Positions 1 to 8,438 of a stretch of DNA of 43,905 nt are shown here, piece after piece (position 1 is the first letter of the stretch; each line of letters opens with the position of its first letter). Both the position numbers and the translations under genes were made by a program. This stretch comes from a virus. The notes beneath the pieces are model-generated. The model made no database searches and was not told the DNA's origin. It saw nothing but the letters and a program-made list of their open reading frames with translations. The DNA is taken from IMG/VR virus record IMGVR_UViG_3300003973_000004, positions 1-43,905 of that record, one strand, 5' to 3'.

Positions 1-103
1 GGAATGCACTCAATGGTATTACCTCAGAAGCAGACGTCGCAGAGTTCGTCCTACGAGCGTATGTGGCAGCTAGTCAGAATCCACTCGCTGAGGCAGAGTG
101 CTT
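1..103. repeat. Exact duplicate of 43803..43905 (assembly or circularisation overlap)
   Basis: Direct reading shows ggaatgcactcaatggtattacc...gaggcagagtgctt at both window ends. The duplication lies inside a coding frame. Confidence 0.95.
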
Positions 104-380
104 ATGGCTCCGCCGTTCGCTGGACGACTCCGGGTACAAGTACCTCTCTGAGCTTGGCTTACCAGATTATATCCAACAATGGTTAGATTCATTACACCAG
201 TATCACCAAGAAATATTCCAATTCAAGATTAATGAAAGAGATAACTATGACGAAGATGAACAACAAAGCACGCCGAGTAGCTCGCGAACTGAAGCATCTG
301 GGTGCGTCAATCCAGACGACCTCCCTCCTTGGGAAGGTGGATGCAACTCGGGATGCCGAGGATGCAACCAGACTGCGTGA
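1..380 (+). CDS. 5'-3' exonuclease (T7 gp6/FEN-like), 3' portion. The gene starts at 43133 and runs across the duplicated window junction.
   Basis: The frame of ORF 63..380 is open from base 1. It is in frame with ATG 43133 once the 103-nt duplication is collapsed. See the 43133..43905 entry for motifs. Confidence 0.8.
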   Translation, partial: NALNGITSEADVAEFVLRAYVAASQNPLAEAECLWLRRSLDDSGYKYLSELGLPDYIQQWLDSLHQYHQEIFQFKINERDNYDEDEQQSTPSSSRTEASGCVNPDDLPPWEGGCNSGCRGCNQTA

Positions 381-504
381 GATGTTTGATGACCCAGATA
401 ATCCAATTGGACTGGTAGAACATGAACTACTGAAATTGCGCAAGACAAACCGTGGCCTGTACCTGGAACTCCGTGACGAGTTCCAAATGAATTACTTGGG
501 GTAG
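247..504 (+). CDS. hypothetical protein
   Basis: ORF 232..504. ATG 247 is preceded by aaagag. Codons look typical for this genome (ctg, cgc, aag, aac). It overlaps the exonuclease tail out of frame. The start is uncertain (232, 247 or 382). Confidence 0.6.
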   Translation: MTKMNNKARRVARELKHLGASIQTTSLLGKVDATRDAEDATRLREMFDDPDNPIGLVEHELLKLRKTNRGLYLELRDEFQMNYLG

Positions 505-505
505 T

Positions 506-985
506 ATGGATACTATAGATGGGTTAATTAAAGAGTATTGGGCACTCTCGCCGGATAGTCCATCCGGCTTAGTGTATATAAAGGGGCGGCAGGGTTCTAA
601 ACATAAGGTAGGGGACCCCGCATGTCCATACTTAGATTCTAAAGGATACTACGTTGGGGGTCTTGGTAGGCGTACTATAAAAGCACACCGGGCTGTGTAC
701 TTCTTAGCGCATGGTTGCTGGCCTACCTACATAGACCACGTCGATGGGAATCGACAGAATAATAACCCAGAGAACCTGCGAGAAGTAACCCACCTGGAGA
801 ATAACCACAATAGGCTTGTTCGCGGCTACTACAAAACCCGGCGTGGTAAGTATAAAGCAGTGATTAGGTGTGGCGGAAAACAGATACGACTAGGTGAGTT
901 TAGTACAGAAGCTGAGGCGCGTACTGCTTATCTAACCGCCAAGAAAGAACTACACCCCACTGCGCCGGAGCGTTGCTATGCGTAA
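506..985 (+). CDS. HNH homing endonuclease with C-terminal AP2-like DNA-binding domain
   Basis: HNH motif: HVDGNRQNNNPENLREVTHLENNHN. AP2-like block: GYYKTRRGKYKAVIRCGGKQIRLGEFSTEAEARTAY. Confidence 0.85.
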   Translation: MDTIDGLIKEYWALSPDSPSGLVYIKGRQGSKHKVGDPACPYLDSKGYYVGGLGRRTIKAHRAVYFLAHGCWPTYIDHVDGNRQNNNPENLREVTHLENNHNRLVRGYYKTRRGKYKAVIRCGGKQIRLGEFSTEAEARTAYLTAKKELHPTAPERCYA

Positions 986-1403
986 ATTATCTAGGGCGCA
1001 AGTACGTCCTATGGCTCAGAAGCTAGCTAAAGAACAAGGTGGTACTTGTCCACTTTGCCTGAAAGTACTAGACTTCTCTGCTAAGAATGGGGTCTGTCTG
1101 GACCATGCGCATGATTCTGGATTTGTACGTGGGGCGTTATGTCGTTCATGCAATTCAATGGAAGGAAAAGTATTCAATGCTGTGGGGCGTTGGTGTGTAG
1201 GTAAAATGGACTACGCATTAACAGTACCGGCACTTAAACGTTTGATTGAGTATCTTGAGAAAACTCCGACTGAGTTTATTTACCCCACCTTCCAGACGGA
1301 AGATGAGAAGCGTATGGCACGTAATGCTAAAGAGCGTACCCGCCGTGCAACTACAAAGGCCCGTGCAGCCGTGAGGAAATCCAGTGTTAGTATCAAAGAC
1401 TGA
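978..1403 (+). CDS. recombination endonuclease VII (Holliday-junction resolvase)
   Basis: CPLC...LDHAHDSGFVRGALCRSCNSMEG is the T4 endo VII-type zinc/HNH-like signature. The gene overlaps the HNH gene end by 8 nt. Confidence 0.85.
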   Translation: MRKLSRAQVRPMAQKLAKEQGGTCPLCLKVLDFSAKNGVCLDHAHDSGFVRGALCRSCNSMEGKVFNAVGRWCVGKMDYALTVPALKRLIEYLEKTPTEFIYPTFQTEDEKRMARNAKERTRRATTKARAAVRKSSVSIKD

Positions 1404-1602
1404 TTGGCAAGCAAGAGACGGGGCGCTGTTTGAGACCCACCTTGAACGCAATGCAGGCACAGAGTGTCATTACTCCTTAACACAGAGCCTGGGTGACGGT
1501 ACAAGTGTTTCCAAGACAGAGGAAACGGTGTACCTGAATCGTGACCAAGCTATTGAAATTGCTAAAACAATCCTACGTAATGAGGGCATTAACATTGGCT
1601 AG
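1384..1602 (+). CDS. hypothetical protein (GTG start)
   Basis: 72-codon ORF that fills the gap between the endo VII and phosphoesterase genes. There is no internal Met, so GTG 1384 is the only start. Confidence 0.45.
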   Translation: MLVSKTDWQARDGALFETHLERNAGTECHYSLTQSLGDGTSVSKTEETVYLNRDQAIEIAKTILRNEGINIG

Positions 1603-2569
1603 AATTTCCCCAATTAAAGTATTCACCAAGGACCAGCATCAGGCAATCCTTGAGCAGTTCAAAGATGATGCCGACGCAGCGGTGCAGTACAATGTGCTCG
1701 GTGGATTCGAGGAGCCAGTGGTATATCGACAGATGGTTCGGTACTGGCGAGAAGTGTTTATCAATAATGGCGGTAGCAAGGGCAAGGCGGACAGTGCCTT
1801 AAAGGAAGCCCGACGTTTGGTGCAACCCAGTCCAACCGATGATATTGGGGAGACCTATGTACCAGCAGTAGCTAGACGCATCCTGGTAATTGGTGATTTA
1901 CATGAGCCGTACACGCATCAAGATGCGTACCAGTTCTTAAAGCACATGCGGGACACGTACCAGCCAGATATTGTAGTGCAGATTGGGGATGAGGCTGATA
2001 ACCACGCTATCTCTTTCCACGAAAGCGATGCCAACCTCGACAGTGCGGGAGTGGAGTTAGAGAAAGCCAAGTTGGGCTTAGAGCAGCTGCATGAGCTGTT
2101 CCCGAACTTACTGGTGTGTGATTCTAACCACGGCTCCTTAATCTATCGCCGCGCTAAGGCGCATGGTTTACCGGTACAGTTCATCAAGAAGTACCGTGAC
2201 ATTCTGTTCCCGGAACATGGGGCACCCGGTTGGTCTTGGGGTGACGCGTGGGATTTAACGACCCCTATGGGTACTGTCCGCTTCCAGCACCAAGTAGCTG
2301 GGGACCTGCTGCTCAACGCAGCACATGAGCGTAAGAGTATGGTGATAGGTCACTTCCACGGCAAGTACGATATTCAATATGCTGCTAGCAGTACAGCGTT
2401 GTACTTTGGTGCCCACTGTGGGTGTTTGATTGATAACAGGAGTATGGCTTTTGCTTATGGTAAGCTCTCCCGTAGCAAGCCTATCCTAGGTGTAATGACT
2501 ATTACGGATGGATGCCCGGCATTGAATCCCATGCTTTTAGATGGAGATGGAAAATGGGTTGGTGCATAG
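1541..2569 (+). CDS. calcineurin-like metallophosphoesterase (phiKMV-group 'DNA exonuclease' position)
   Basis: Motifs: VIGDLHEP, QIGDEADNH, CDSNHG, VIGHFHG. The start is uncertain (GTG 1541 or ATG 1580). Confidence 0.8.
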   Translation: MTKLLKLLKQSYVMRALTLARISPIKVFTKDQHQAILEQFKDDADAAVQYNVLGGFEEPVVYRQMVRYWREVFINNGGSKGKADSALKEARRLVQPSPTDDIGETYVPAVARRILVIGDLHEPYTHQDAYQFLKHMRDTYQPDIVVQIGDEADNHAISFHESDANLDSAGVELEKAKLGLEQLHELFPNLLVCDSNHGSLIYRRAKAHGLPVQFIKKYRDILFPEHGAPGWSWGDAWDLTTPMGTVRFQHQVAGDLLLNAAHERKSMVIGHFHGKYDIQYAASSTALYFGAHCGCLIDNRSMAFAYGKLSRSKPILGVMTITDGCPALNPMLLDGDGKWVGA

Positions 2570-2622
2570 CGCTTCTAGTCATTGCAGTCGTCATGATTCT
2601 TGTGTCGGAGAGAACTAAATGA
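2554..2622 (+). CDS. possible 22-aa hydrophobic micro-protein
   Basis: Sequence MGWCIALLVIAVVMILVSERTK. GGAG lies 7 nt upstream. Its stop overlaps the next ATG as ATGA. Confidence 0.3.
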   Translation: MGWCIALLVIAVVMILVSERTK

Positions 2623-3005
2623 AGTGTAACTGCGGTGGGCCAGGCCCCGGCACGTGGGGCATCCACGCCCACGATTGCCCAATGAACCCCATGAGCGAGC
2701 TTCCAACAGGAGTAAAGTATGACCAAGATAAGCCTCGAATGGATTTACTGGTGCTGGATTGTCCCCGGGCACTCCGTGAGGTGTCAGCGGTTCTGGGGTA
2801 TGGTGCTAAGAAGTACTCAGAAGATAACTGGCTCCGTGTCCCCGATGCTTCCAAACGGTACATGGCGGCTGCACTCAGGCACCTGACCGCACACACCTCT
2901 GGGGAGGAGTTTGACCCAGAGAGTGGTATGAAACATCTAGCACACTTCGCAAGCTGTGCTTTATTTATCCTTGAATTGGAGATGCGCAATGCCGGAACTA
3001 AATAG
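2619..3005 (+). CDS. dATP/dGTP diphosphohydrolase-domain protein
   Basis: KYDQDKPRMDLL...LGYGAKKYSEDNW...ALRHL...GEEFDPESGMKHLAHFASCALFILE matches the family signature as I remember it. The N-terminus carries a Cys/His cluster (CNCG...HAHDC). Confidence 0.7.
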   Translation: MKCNCGGPGPGTWGIHAHDCPMNPMSELPTGVKYDQDKPRMDLLVLDCPRALREVSAVLGYGAKKYSEDNWLRVPDASKRYMAAALRHLTAHTSGEEFDPESGMKHLAHFASCALFILELEMRNAGTK

Positions 3006-3192
3006 AGAGTATACTTGGGGTTCGGGACTGCACACCTATGTGATTAGACCGTGGGGGCAGGGTGGTGTACTGCTGTGCCTAGAGTACATAAACGCAAGGC
3101 AACTACTAGATGTACACACCCTGTTAGAACACCTCGACGAAGCAACCACTTACACAGGTTTCCGCTACGTAGATGAGCACCCATACTTTTGA
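2989..3192 (+). CDS. hypothetical protein
   Basis: ORF 2956..3192. ATG 2989 has GGAG 8 nt upstream and overlaps the preceding stop. Confidence 0.6.
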   Translation: MPELNREYTWGSGLHTYVIRPWGQGGVLLCLEYINARQLLDVHTLLEHLDEATTYTGFRYVDEHPYF

Positions 3193-3329
3193 GTTGCTCC
3201 GATTGGTGTCGTAACAAGTACGACGAAGCCTTAGAGCGCGGCGATACAAAGGCCGCGCAAGCATACTTGGAGATGTACCAGACATGGCTGGACAGAGAGA
3301 ACTCAGCTTTGAAGAAGACAAACCAGTAG
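3189..3329 (+). CDS. possible 46-aa protein (TTG start)
   Basis: An open frame covers the otherwise empty 3193-3283 gap. The product ...WCRNKYDEALERGDTKAAQAYLEMYQTWLDRENSALKKTNQ looks helical and protein-like. It is below the 60-aa track cutoff. Confidence 0.3.
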   Translation: MSCSDWCRNKYDEALERGDTKAAQAYLEMYQTWLDRENSALKKTNQ

Positions 3330-3469
3330 ACTACGTGACCCCTGTGCTGAACAGGGTGAATGAAGGCGACTACTACGCGGCCCGTGTTCTAATTGATAAG
3401 ATTAAAGATGCACAAACCCAAGTGGCGGTACGAAGAACAGTCTCAGTTAAAACTGGAATTTACCTGTGA
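3284..3469 (+). CDS. hypothetical protein
   Basis: 61-codon ORF directly upstream of the RNAP gene. The SD is weak. An alternative GTG start lies at 3335. Confidence 0.5.
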   Translation: MAGQRELSFEEDKPVDYVTPVLNRVNEGDYYAARVLIDKIKDAQTQVAVRRTVSVKTGIYL

Positions 3470-3475
3470 GGTAGT

Positions 3476-5914
3476 ATGTCTCTTGAGCAACGTCAAATCG
3501 AGTTAGAGAACAAATACACGGTACAGGGCCTAGCCGATGCCGTGGCTTACTGGGATAAGGAATCACAGGCAGGTAGAGCAGCAGACCACGACATTGGTCG
3601 TGTGCTGAGTATGCGTCTACTCAAGCTGGTCCAAACTGAACTAGAAGCTGTGTGCACCGACGGTTCCCGTGGCCTGGGTGGTAAGTACCGGGGCCTGGTG
3701 GGAGCAGTCGGATACGACAGGGCAGCTCTAATTGGGCTGCGCACTTTCTTGAGCCTCCTCGCCAATAAGCTCCGCAACGGTCGCACGGCACTGATTGCTC
3801 AGGACATTATCCAGAAGGCCGGGGATATAATGGCTATGGAGTACCTGCACAGTATGCTCACACAAGCCGCTCCTGGGTACATGCGGAGTGTAGATAAGTA
3901 CATGCAGGATAATGGAACTCGCTCTACTAGTCACCGCAAGCGTACACTCGTGGCTAGTGCTAGGCGTATCGAGGGAGTAGATGAGGATGCGCTTCGTTGG
4001 AGTGCATCTGAGGCTGCTGGTGTGGGTGGGTTAGTACTTACCGCGCTGGTGCAGTCTGGTGTAGCCGAGTTGCAGCATATCCCCAAGAGCCGTGGACAGA
4101 GCTGGGTGGGTGTGTACCCGTCAGCCGAGGTGGAGGAGAAGCTACAGGAACTCATTAGCACTATGCGTGCATTCGTGCGTACACCACCGATGCTGGTACC
4201 ACCTCGTCCGCATACCAGAGACACATTGTTTACTGGTTCTAGTTACCTTACTGGATTATCCCGACATGCCCGCGGTATACACACCCGCACACACAAGAAG
4301 GATGTGCAGGAATGGGTTAGAGGGAACATTTCGGATACAGTTCTGGATGCAGCAAATAAAGCTGCAAGCCAGCCGTACAAGATTAACACGGAAGTAGTTG
4401 AACTCCTCCGAGATGTGTATCAGTCTGGTGTGTACAACGGCATTGCAGGTATCCCAAGCCACGATAAGATTCTGCCACCGCCATATCCTCTACCAGAAGA
4501 CTGGGACAAAGAGGACGCCGAGCTGATGGAAATCCACGACACTTGGAAGATTCGAGCTAAGGATGCGCACTACGCTGAGGTAACTCGCAAGGGGCATGTA
4601 CTTCAATTCTCTTTAATGCTCAAGTACTTAACTGAGTTCCGAGATGATGTGCTGTACTTCCCAACGTACTTCGATTGGCGCGGTCGGTTGTACTTCCGTT
4701 CGAACATTAATCCACAAGGCACAGACTTCGTTAAGGCGAGCCTCCAGTTTGCCAATAAGAAAGCACTGGGTAATCGTGGGTTGTACTGGTTAAAGGTGCA
4801 TGTAGCAACGTGCTACGGCTTCGATAAGGCGAACTTCGACCGTCGCAGTACGTGGGTAGATGAGCATATACAACACATCCGTGATGCTGTGCAAGACCAC
4901 GTAGACTCTGAGTTCTTCCGTGCAGCAGATTCCCACTGGTGTTTCTATGTGGCTGCGAAAGAGCTTGTAGCTGCCCTGGACTCGGGTTATCCAGAGACTT
5001 GGGAGACAGGTATTGCTGTGGCTATGGATGCAACCTGCTCTGGCCTACAGCACTTGTCTGCGGTAATGCGGGATCCTATCGGCGGTATGTTCACTAATCT
5101 GCTGCCTAACAACGGAGTGGAGAAGGAGGATATCTACGCAGGTGTAGCAGCCATTGCCATTGCTAACGTGCAGAAGGACAAGGATAATCCGGAACAGTCA
5201 CAGTACTGGGCATCACATGGAATGCCGCGCAGTATGGCGAAGCGACCGGTAATGACCTATACTTATGGGGGCACTCTGAATAGCTGTACGGAGTACGTGT
5301 TCCTGGATATGCAGGACCGAGGCCTGGAGGCACTCGAGCATTACAGTATGTTCAAGCTAGCGGCGTACGCATCCAGGTTCTTGCGTAAGGGTGTGGAGGC
5401 AGCTGTGCCAGCCAGTGCAGACGCTATGCGGTTCTTGCGCAGCCTGGCGAGTATGATGCCGAAGTCTGAGCCAATGCGTTGGGTAACGCCGGTAGGTTTT
5501 CCTGTAGTACAGCACTACGCTGAGGAAGATGTGACCCAGATACGTCTGCGCTCTATTGGTATCTCTCTGAATATGCGAGTGTTCAATGATGATGCCATGC
5601 AGCGTAGCAAGTGTATCAACGGTATCTCACCTAACTTCACGCATAGCATGGACTCCTCCCATCTGATTACAGCTATCAGCAAGTTCGAGGGGAGTATGTT
5701 GCCTATCCACGATTCCTTCGGGACTCACCCGAGTGACGTGGATGCAATGCACAAGGTACTGCGAGATACGTTCGCGGATATGTACTTGCAGAATGACCCA
5801 TTGCAGTCGCTGGTAGATACAGTTCAGCCGTACTGTGAAGATGAGATTGAGCTGCCAGTGCGGGGTACGTTGGACTTGAACAAAGTACGTAAGTCTGAGT
5901 TCTTCATGTGTTAG
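3476..5914 (+). CDS. single-subunit DNA-directed RNA polymerase (T7-like)
   Basis: 812 aa. It contains DATCSGLQHL (T7 DGSCSGIQHF) and HDSFGTH (identical to the T7 motif C region). Confidence 0.97.
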   Translation: MSLEQRQIELENKYTVQGLADAVAYWDKESQAGRAADHDIGRVLSMRLLKLVQTELEAVCTDGSRGLGGKYRGLVGAVGYDRAALIGLRTFLSLLANKLRNGRTALIAQDIIQKAGDIMAMEYLHSMLTQAAPGYMRSVDKYMQDNGTRSTSHRKRTLVASARRIEGVDEDALRWSASEAAGVGGLVLTALVQSGVAELQHIPKSRGQSWVGVYPSAEVEEKLQELISTMRAFVRTPPMLVPPRPHTRDTLFTGSSYLTGLSRHARGIHTRTHKKDVQEWVRGNISDTVLDAANKAASQPYKINTEVVELLRDVYQSGVYNGIAGIPSHDKILPPPYPLPEDWDKEDAELMEIHDTWKIRAKDAHYAEVTRKGHVLQFSLMLKYLTEFRDDVLYFPTYFDWRGRLYFRSNINPQGTDFVKASLQFANKKALGNRGLYWLKVHVATCYGFDKANFDRRSTWVDEHIQHIRDAVQDHVDSEFFRAADSHWCFYVAAKELVAALDSGYPETWETGIAVAMDATCSGLQHLSAVMRDPIGGMFTNLLPNNGVEKEDIYAGVAAIAIANVQKDKDNPEQSQYWASHGMPRSMAKRPVMTYTYGGTLNSCTEYVFLDMQDRGLEALEHYSMFKLAAYASRFLRKGVEAAVPASADAMRFLRSLASMMPKSEPMRWVTPVGFPVVQHYAEEDVTQIRLRSIGISLNMRVFNDDAMQRSKCINGISPNFTHSMDSSHLITAISKFEGSMLPIHDSFGTHPSDVDAMHKVLRDTFADMYLQNDPLQSLVDTVQPYCEDEIELPVRGTLDLNKVRKSEFFMC

Positions 5915-5926
5915 TTCGTGTGTTAA

Positions 5927-5950
5927 TTAGAAGTCCTACCCAGTGGGGAA
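5927..5950 (+). promoter_or_regulatory. candidate phage-RNAP promoter (late operon)
   Basis: TTAGAAGTCCTACCCAGTGGGGAAGG lies 13 nt after the RNAP stop. The same 13-17-mer recurs at 39000, 39695 and, inverted, at 29016-29032. Confidence 0.65.
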
Positions 5951-5988
5951 GGAAGCGAGGTCTGTACTAGATGCGCTCCTTCCTTCCC
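5946..5988 (+). promoter_or_regulatory. 5'-leader stem-loop of the predicted late transcript
   Basis: GGGAAGGAAG (5946-5955) pairs perfectly with CTTCCTTCCC (5979-5988). Confidence 0.5.
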
Positions 5989-6020
5989 AAGCAAGACGAA
6001 TCCGAGGAGATGAATTGCGT

Positions 6021-6215
6021 ATGACGAAGGCCAATCGTCCAAGATTCTCTGCGGAGCAAGTGCAGTACTTAGAGGGAATGTTCCCTGAGTACACCAGCTC
6101 CGGCCAGAGTTTTAGTGAGTTGCAATACCGTGCTGGGCAGCGTTCAGTACTAGACTTCATCAAGCAAGATGCTAAGGTGGAGAGACGCTATGTACAGCGT
6201 GAGATTCTATCCTAA
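6021..6215 (+). CDS. hypothetical protein
   Basis: ORF 5943..6215. I prefer ATG 6021 because 5943-5990 is promoter and hairpin. GAGGAG lies upstream. Confidence 0.6.
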   Translation: MTKANRPRFSAEQVQYLEGMFPEYTSSGQSFSELQYRAGQRSVLDFIKQDAKVERRYVQREILS

Positions 6216-6603
6216 CGGAGACTTCAATCTCCTGATGGAAGTAACCAGCCAGTTGTACGACACGTACGAATTTCCAAGACTAGAGTTTAGCAAGCCCGAG
6301 TATCTCCAGAAGGTGGCTATTGCAAGCGCTGAGGAGAGCACTTACTTCTGCTTCAAGGATGGTCGCTGCATTGGTGGTATCACTGTATCAGATGAGATGT
6401 ACGATGTACACTTCAATGGAACTGGAAGACACATAACGAACTGTGTAATCCTTCCCGGAGTAGATTCAAGAAAGGCTCTTAGCATGTGTATTAGTGCTCT
6501 GAGGGAAGGGGGAAAGGGGGAAGGGAGTTCTTGGTACAGTACAACTCATAGAAGGGATTTTTATACCTTAGTAACTAGATACAGGAGAATACCTAATGGG
6601 TAA
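6190..6603 (+). CDS. hypothetical protein
   Basis: ORF 6169..6603. ATG 6190 is preceded by AAGGTGGAGAG. Confidence 0.7.
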   Translation: MYSVRFYPNGDFNLLMEVTSQLYDTYEFPRLEFSKPEYLQKVAIASAEESTYFCFKDGRCIGGITVSDEMYDVHFNGTGRHITNCVILPGVDSRKALSMCISALREGGKGEGSSWYSTTHRRDFYTLVTRYRRIPNG

Positions 6604-6922
6604 AGTAGTCAGTAAAGTTCTAAAGAAAGCGGTAGGTGCAGAGAAACTATTTGGTACTTACAAGTTAACCTCGGGTATCTATGATAAATACTTAGGTACA
6701 GATATTCAGGGTGTGAAAGCAGACCAGGCAGCCGCTAAGGAACGTGAGCGTGCACTGAACGAACAAGCCTTACAAGCACAAGAGAACCAGAATATTATTG
6801 GTACTACAGGTACCGAGAACATTGCACAGGTAGAAGCCGGTGGTACCGCTGCTGATGCAGCAAGCATGGATGATACCCGGAAGCGTAGAACAGGTACTAT
6901 CTCTAGTACCCTAGGGATTTAA
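6596..6922 (+). CDS. hypothetical small structural-module protein
   Basis: AGGAGAA SD. Position is immediately upstream of the portal gene. The protein is coiled and basic with tail RKRRTGTISSTLGI. Confidence 0.75.
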   Translation: MGKVVSKVLKKAVGAEKLFGTYKLTSGIYDKYLGTDIQGVKADQAAAKERERALNEQALQAQENQNIIGTTGTENIAQVEAGGTAADAASMDDTRKRRTGTISSTLGI

Positions 6923-6923
6923 G

Positions 6924-8438
6924 ATGGCTAATCCTACGCACTATGAGAACCTCTATCAGAAGTACAGAGATGACTCAGCAATCCTCAAGACAGAGGATTA
7001 CGCTAAGTGGACACTGCCTACAGTGTACGCCGACCCAGACCTTCGGGAAGGTAAACGAGTACAAGTACGCCGTGATTATCAGAGCGTAGGGGCAGTGTAC
7101 GTAAACACATTATCGGCTAAGTTAGCACAAGTACTGTTCCCTGCTAACCAAGCGTTCTTTAGGATTGATAGTACCGGTGATGCTGCACAGCTAGCCGAGG
7201 CTATGGGTGCTGACTCCGCAGACCTGGCTAATGGTTTAGCCGAGTTGGAGAACACAGCCTTCCGTCGTATCTTCCTCAAGAGTTCGTACCACCAGCTTGT
7301 TCATGCTATGAAGCTGCTCATCGTTACAGGGAACGTTCTACTGTACCGAGACTCTGCTACAGGGAACATGCACGCGTACAGTATTCGACAGTACAGCGTA
7401 CTTCGAGATGGTGGCGGTAAGGTGCTAGACATGGTGCTGAAAGAGCGCACTGTGGTATCTGAACTCCCATTGGAAGCACGTCGTGGTATGTACCGCAACC
7501 GTGAGCCAGATGACTGTGTGTGTCTGTACACCCGTATTAAGCGTGAGAAGCGCCTAGTAGGGGATGTGTTCGTTGTTACCCAGCAACTAGAGGGCGGCAT
7601 CAACCTAGACAACATGGAAGAATACCCAGAAGCTATCTGCCCATTCATCCCAGCAGTGTGGAACCTCGTTACTGGGGAGACGTACGGACGTGGGTTGGTG
7701 GAAGATTATGCTGGTGACTTGTCCAAGCTAAGCTCCCTATCTGAAGCACTGGCACTATACGAGATTGAATCTTGTCGGGTGCTGCACATGGCTAAACCCG
7801 GTGCACAGATTGATGTGGATAGCATGGCTGAGCAGGAATCGGGTGCGTGGGTGAATGGAGACCCAACAGGCGTAGCCGCGTACGAGGCAGGTGATTACAA
7901 TAAGATTCTGGCACTCACTGCCGAGATTCAGAGTATCTCTGCTCGACTAGCTCCCGCGTTCATGTACGCACAGAACCAACGTAACGCTGAGCGTGTTACT
8001 GCCGAGGAGATTCGACAGAATGCTGAGGAAGCTGAGCTAGCTCTGGGCGGTGTGTACAGTGTGATTGCGGATACTCTGCATATCCCATTGGCGCATATCC
8101 TGTGTTGGGAAGTTAACGAGGCGTTCATCAACGAACTGTTGAGTGAGGGGTTAACCCTGAGTGTACTCACAGGTGTAGCGGCTCTTAGCCGAAGCACTGA
8201 CGTGAACAAGCTCATCCAAGCCACACAGGCACTGTCAGTTATCCTACCGGTAATACAGGCTACGCCACGTATGGACCCAGAGAAAGTTCTCGATATGATA
8301 CTCACTGGCTTTGGTATTAACACCAAGGACGTGTACCGTACTGAGGAGCAACTCCAGGCGCTCCAGGCTGCACAGGCCCCAGTAACCCCAGACCTTGCTA
8401 ATGTAGCGGGTACAATCAACGAGACAGGACTACAATGA
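6924..8438 (+). CDS. head-tail connector (portal) protein
   Basis: 504 aa. It holds the conserved position before the scaffold and capsid genes. Size and order match T7 gp8 / phiKMV gp31. Confidence 0.85.
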   Translation: MANPTHYENLYQKYRDDSAILKTEDYAKWTLPTVYADPDLREGKRVQVRRDYQSVGAVYVNTLSAKLAQVLFPANQAFFRIDSTGDAAQLAEAMGADSADLANGLAELENTAFRRIFLKSSYHQLVHAMKLLIVTGNVLLYRDSATGNMHAYSIRQYSVLRDGGGKVLDMVLKERTVVSELPLEARRGMYRNREPDDCVCLYTRIKREKRLVGDVFVVTQQLEGGINLDNMEEYPEAICPFIPAVWNLVTGETYGRGLVEDYAGDLSKLSSLSEALALYEIESCRVLHMAKPGAQIDVDSMAEQESGAWVNGDPTGVAAYEAGDYNKILALTAEIQSISARLAPAFMYAQNQRNAERVTAEEIRQNAEEAELALGGVYSVIADTLHIPLAHILCWEVNEAFINELLSEGLTLSVLTGVAALSRSTDVNKLIQATQALSVILPVIQATPRMDPEKVLDMILTGFGINTKDVYRTEEQLQALQAAQAPVTPDLANVAGTINETGLQ

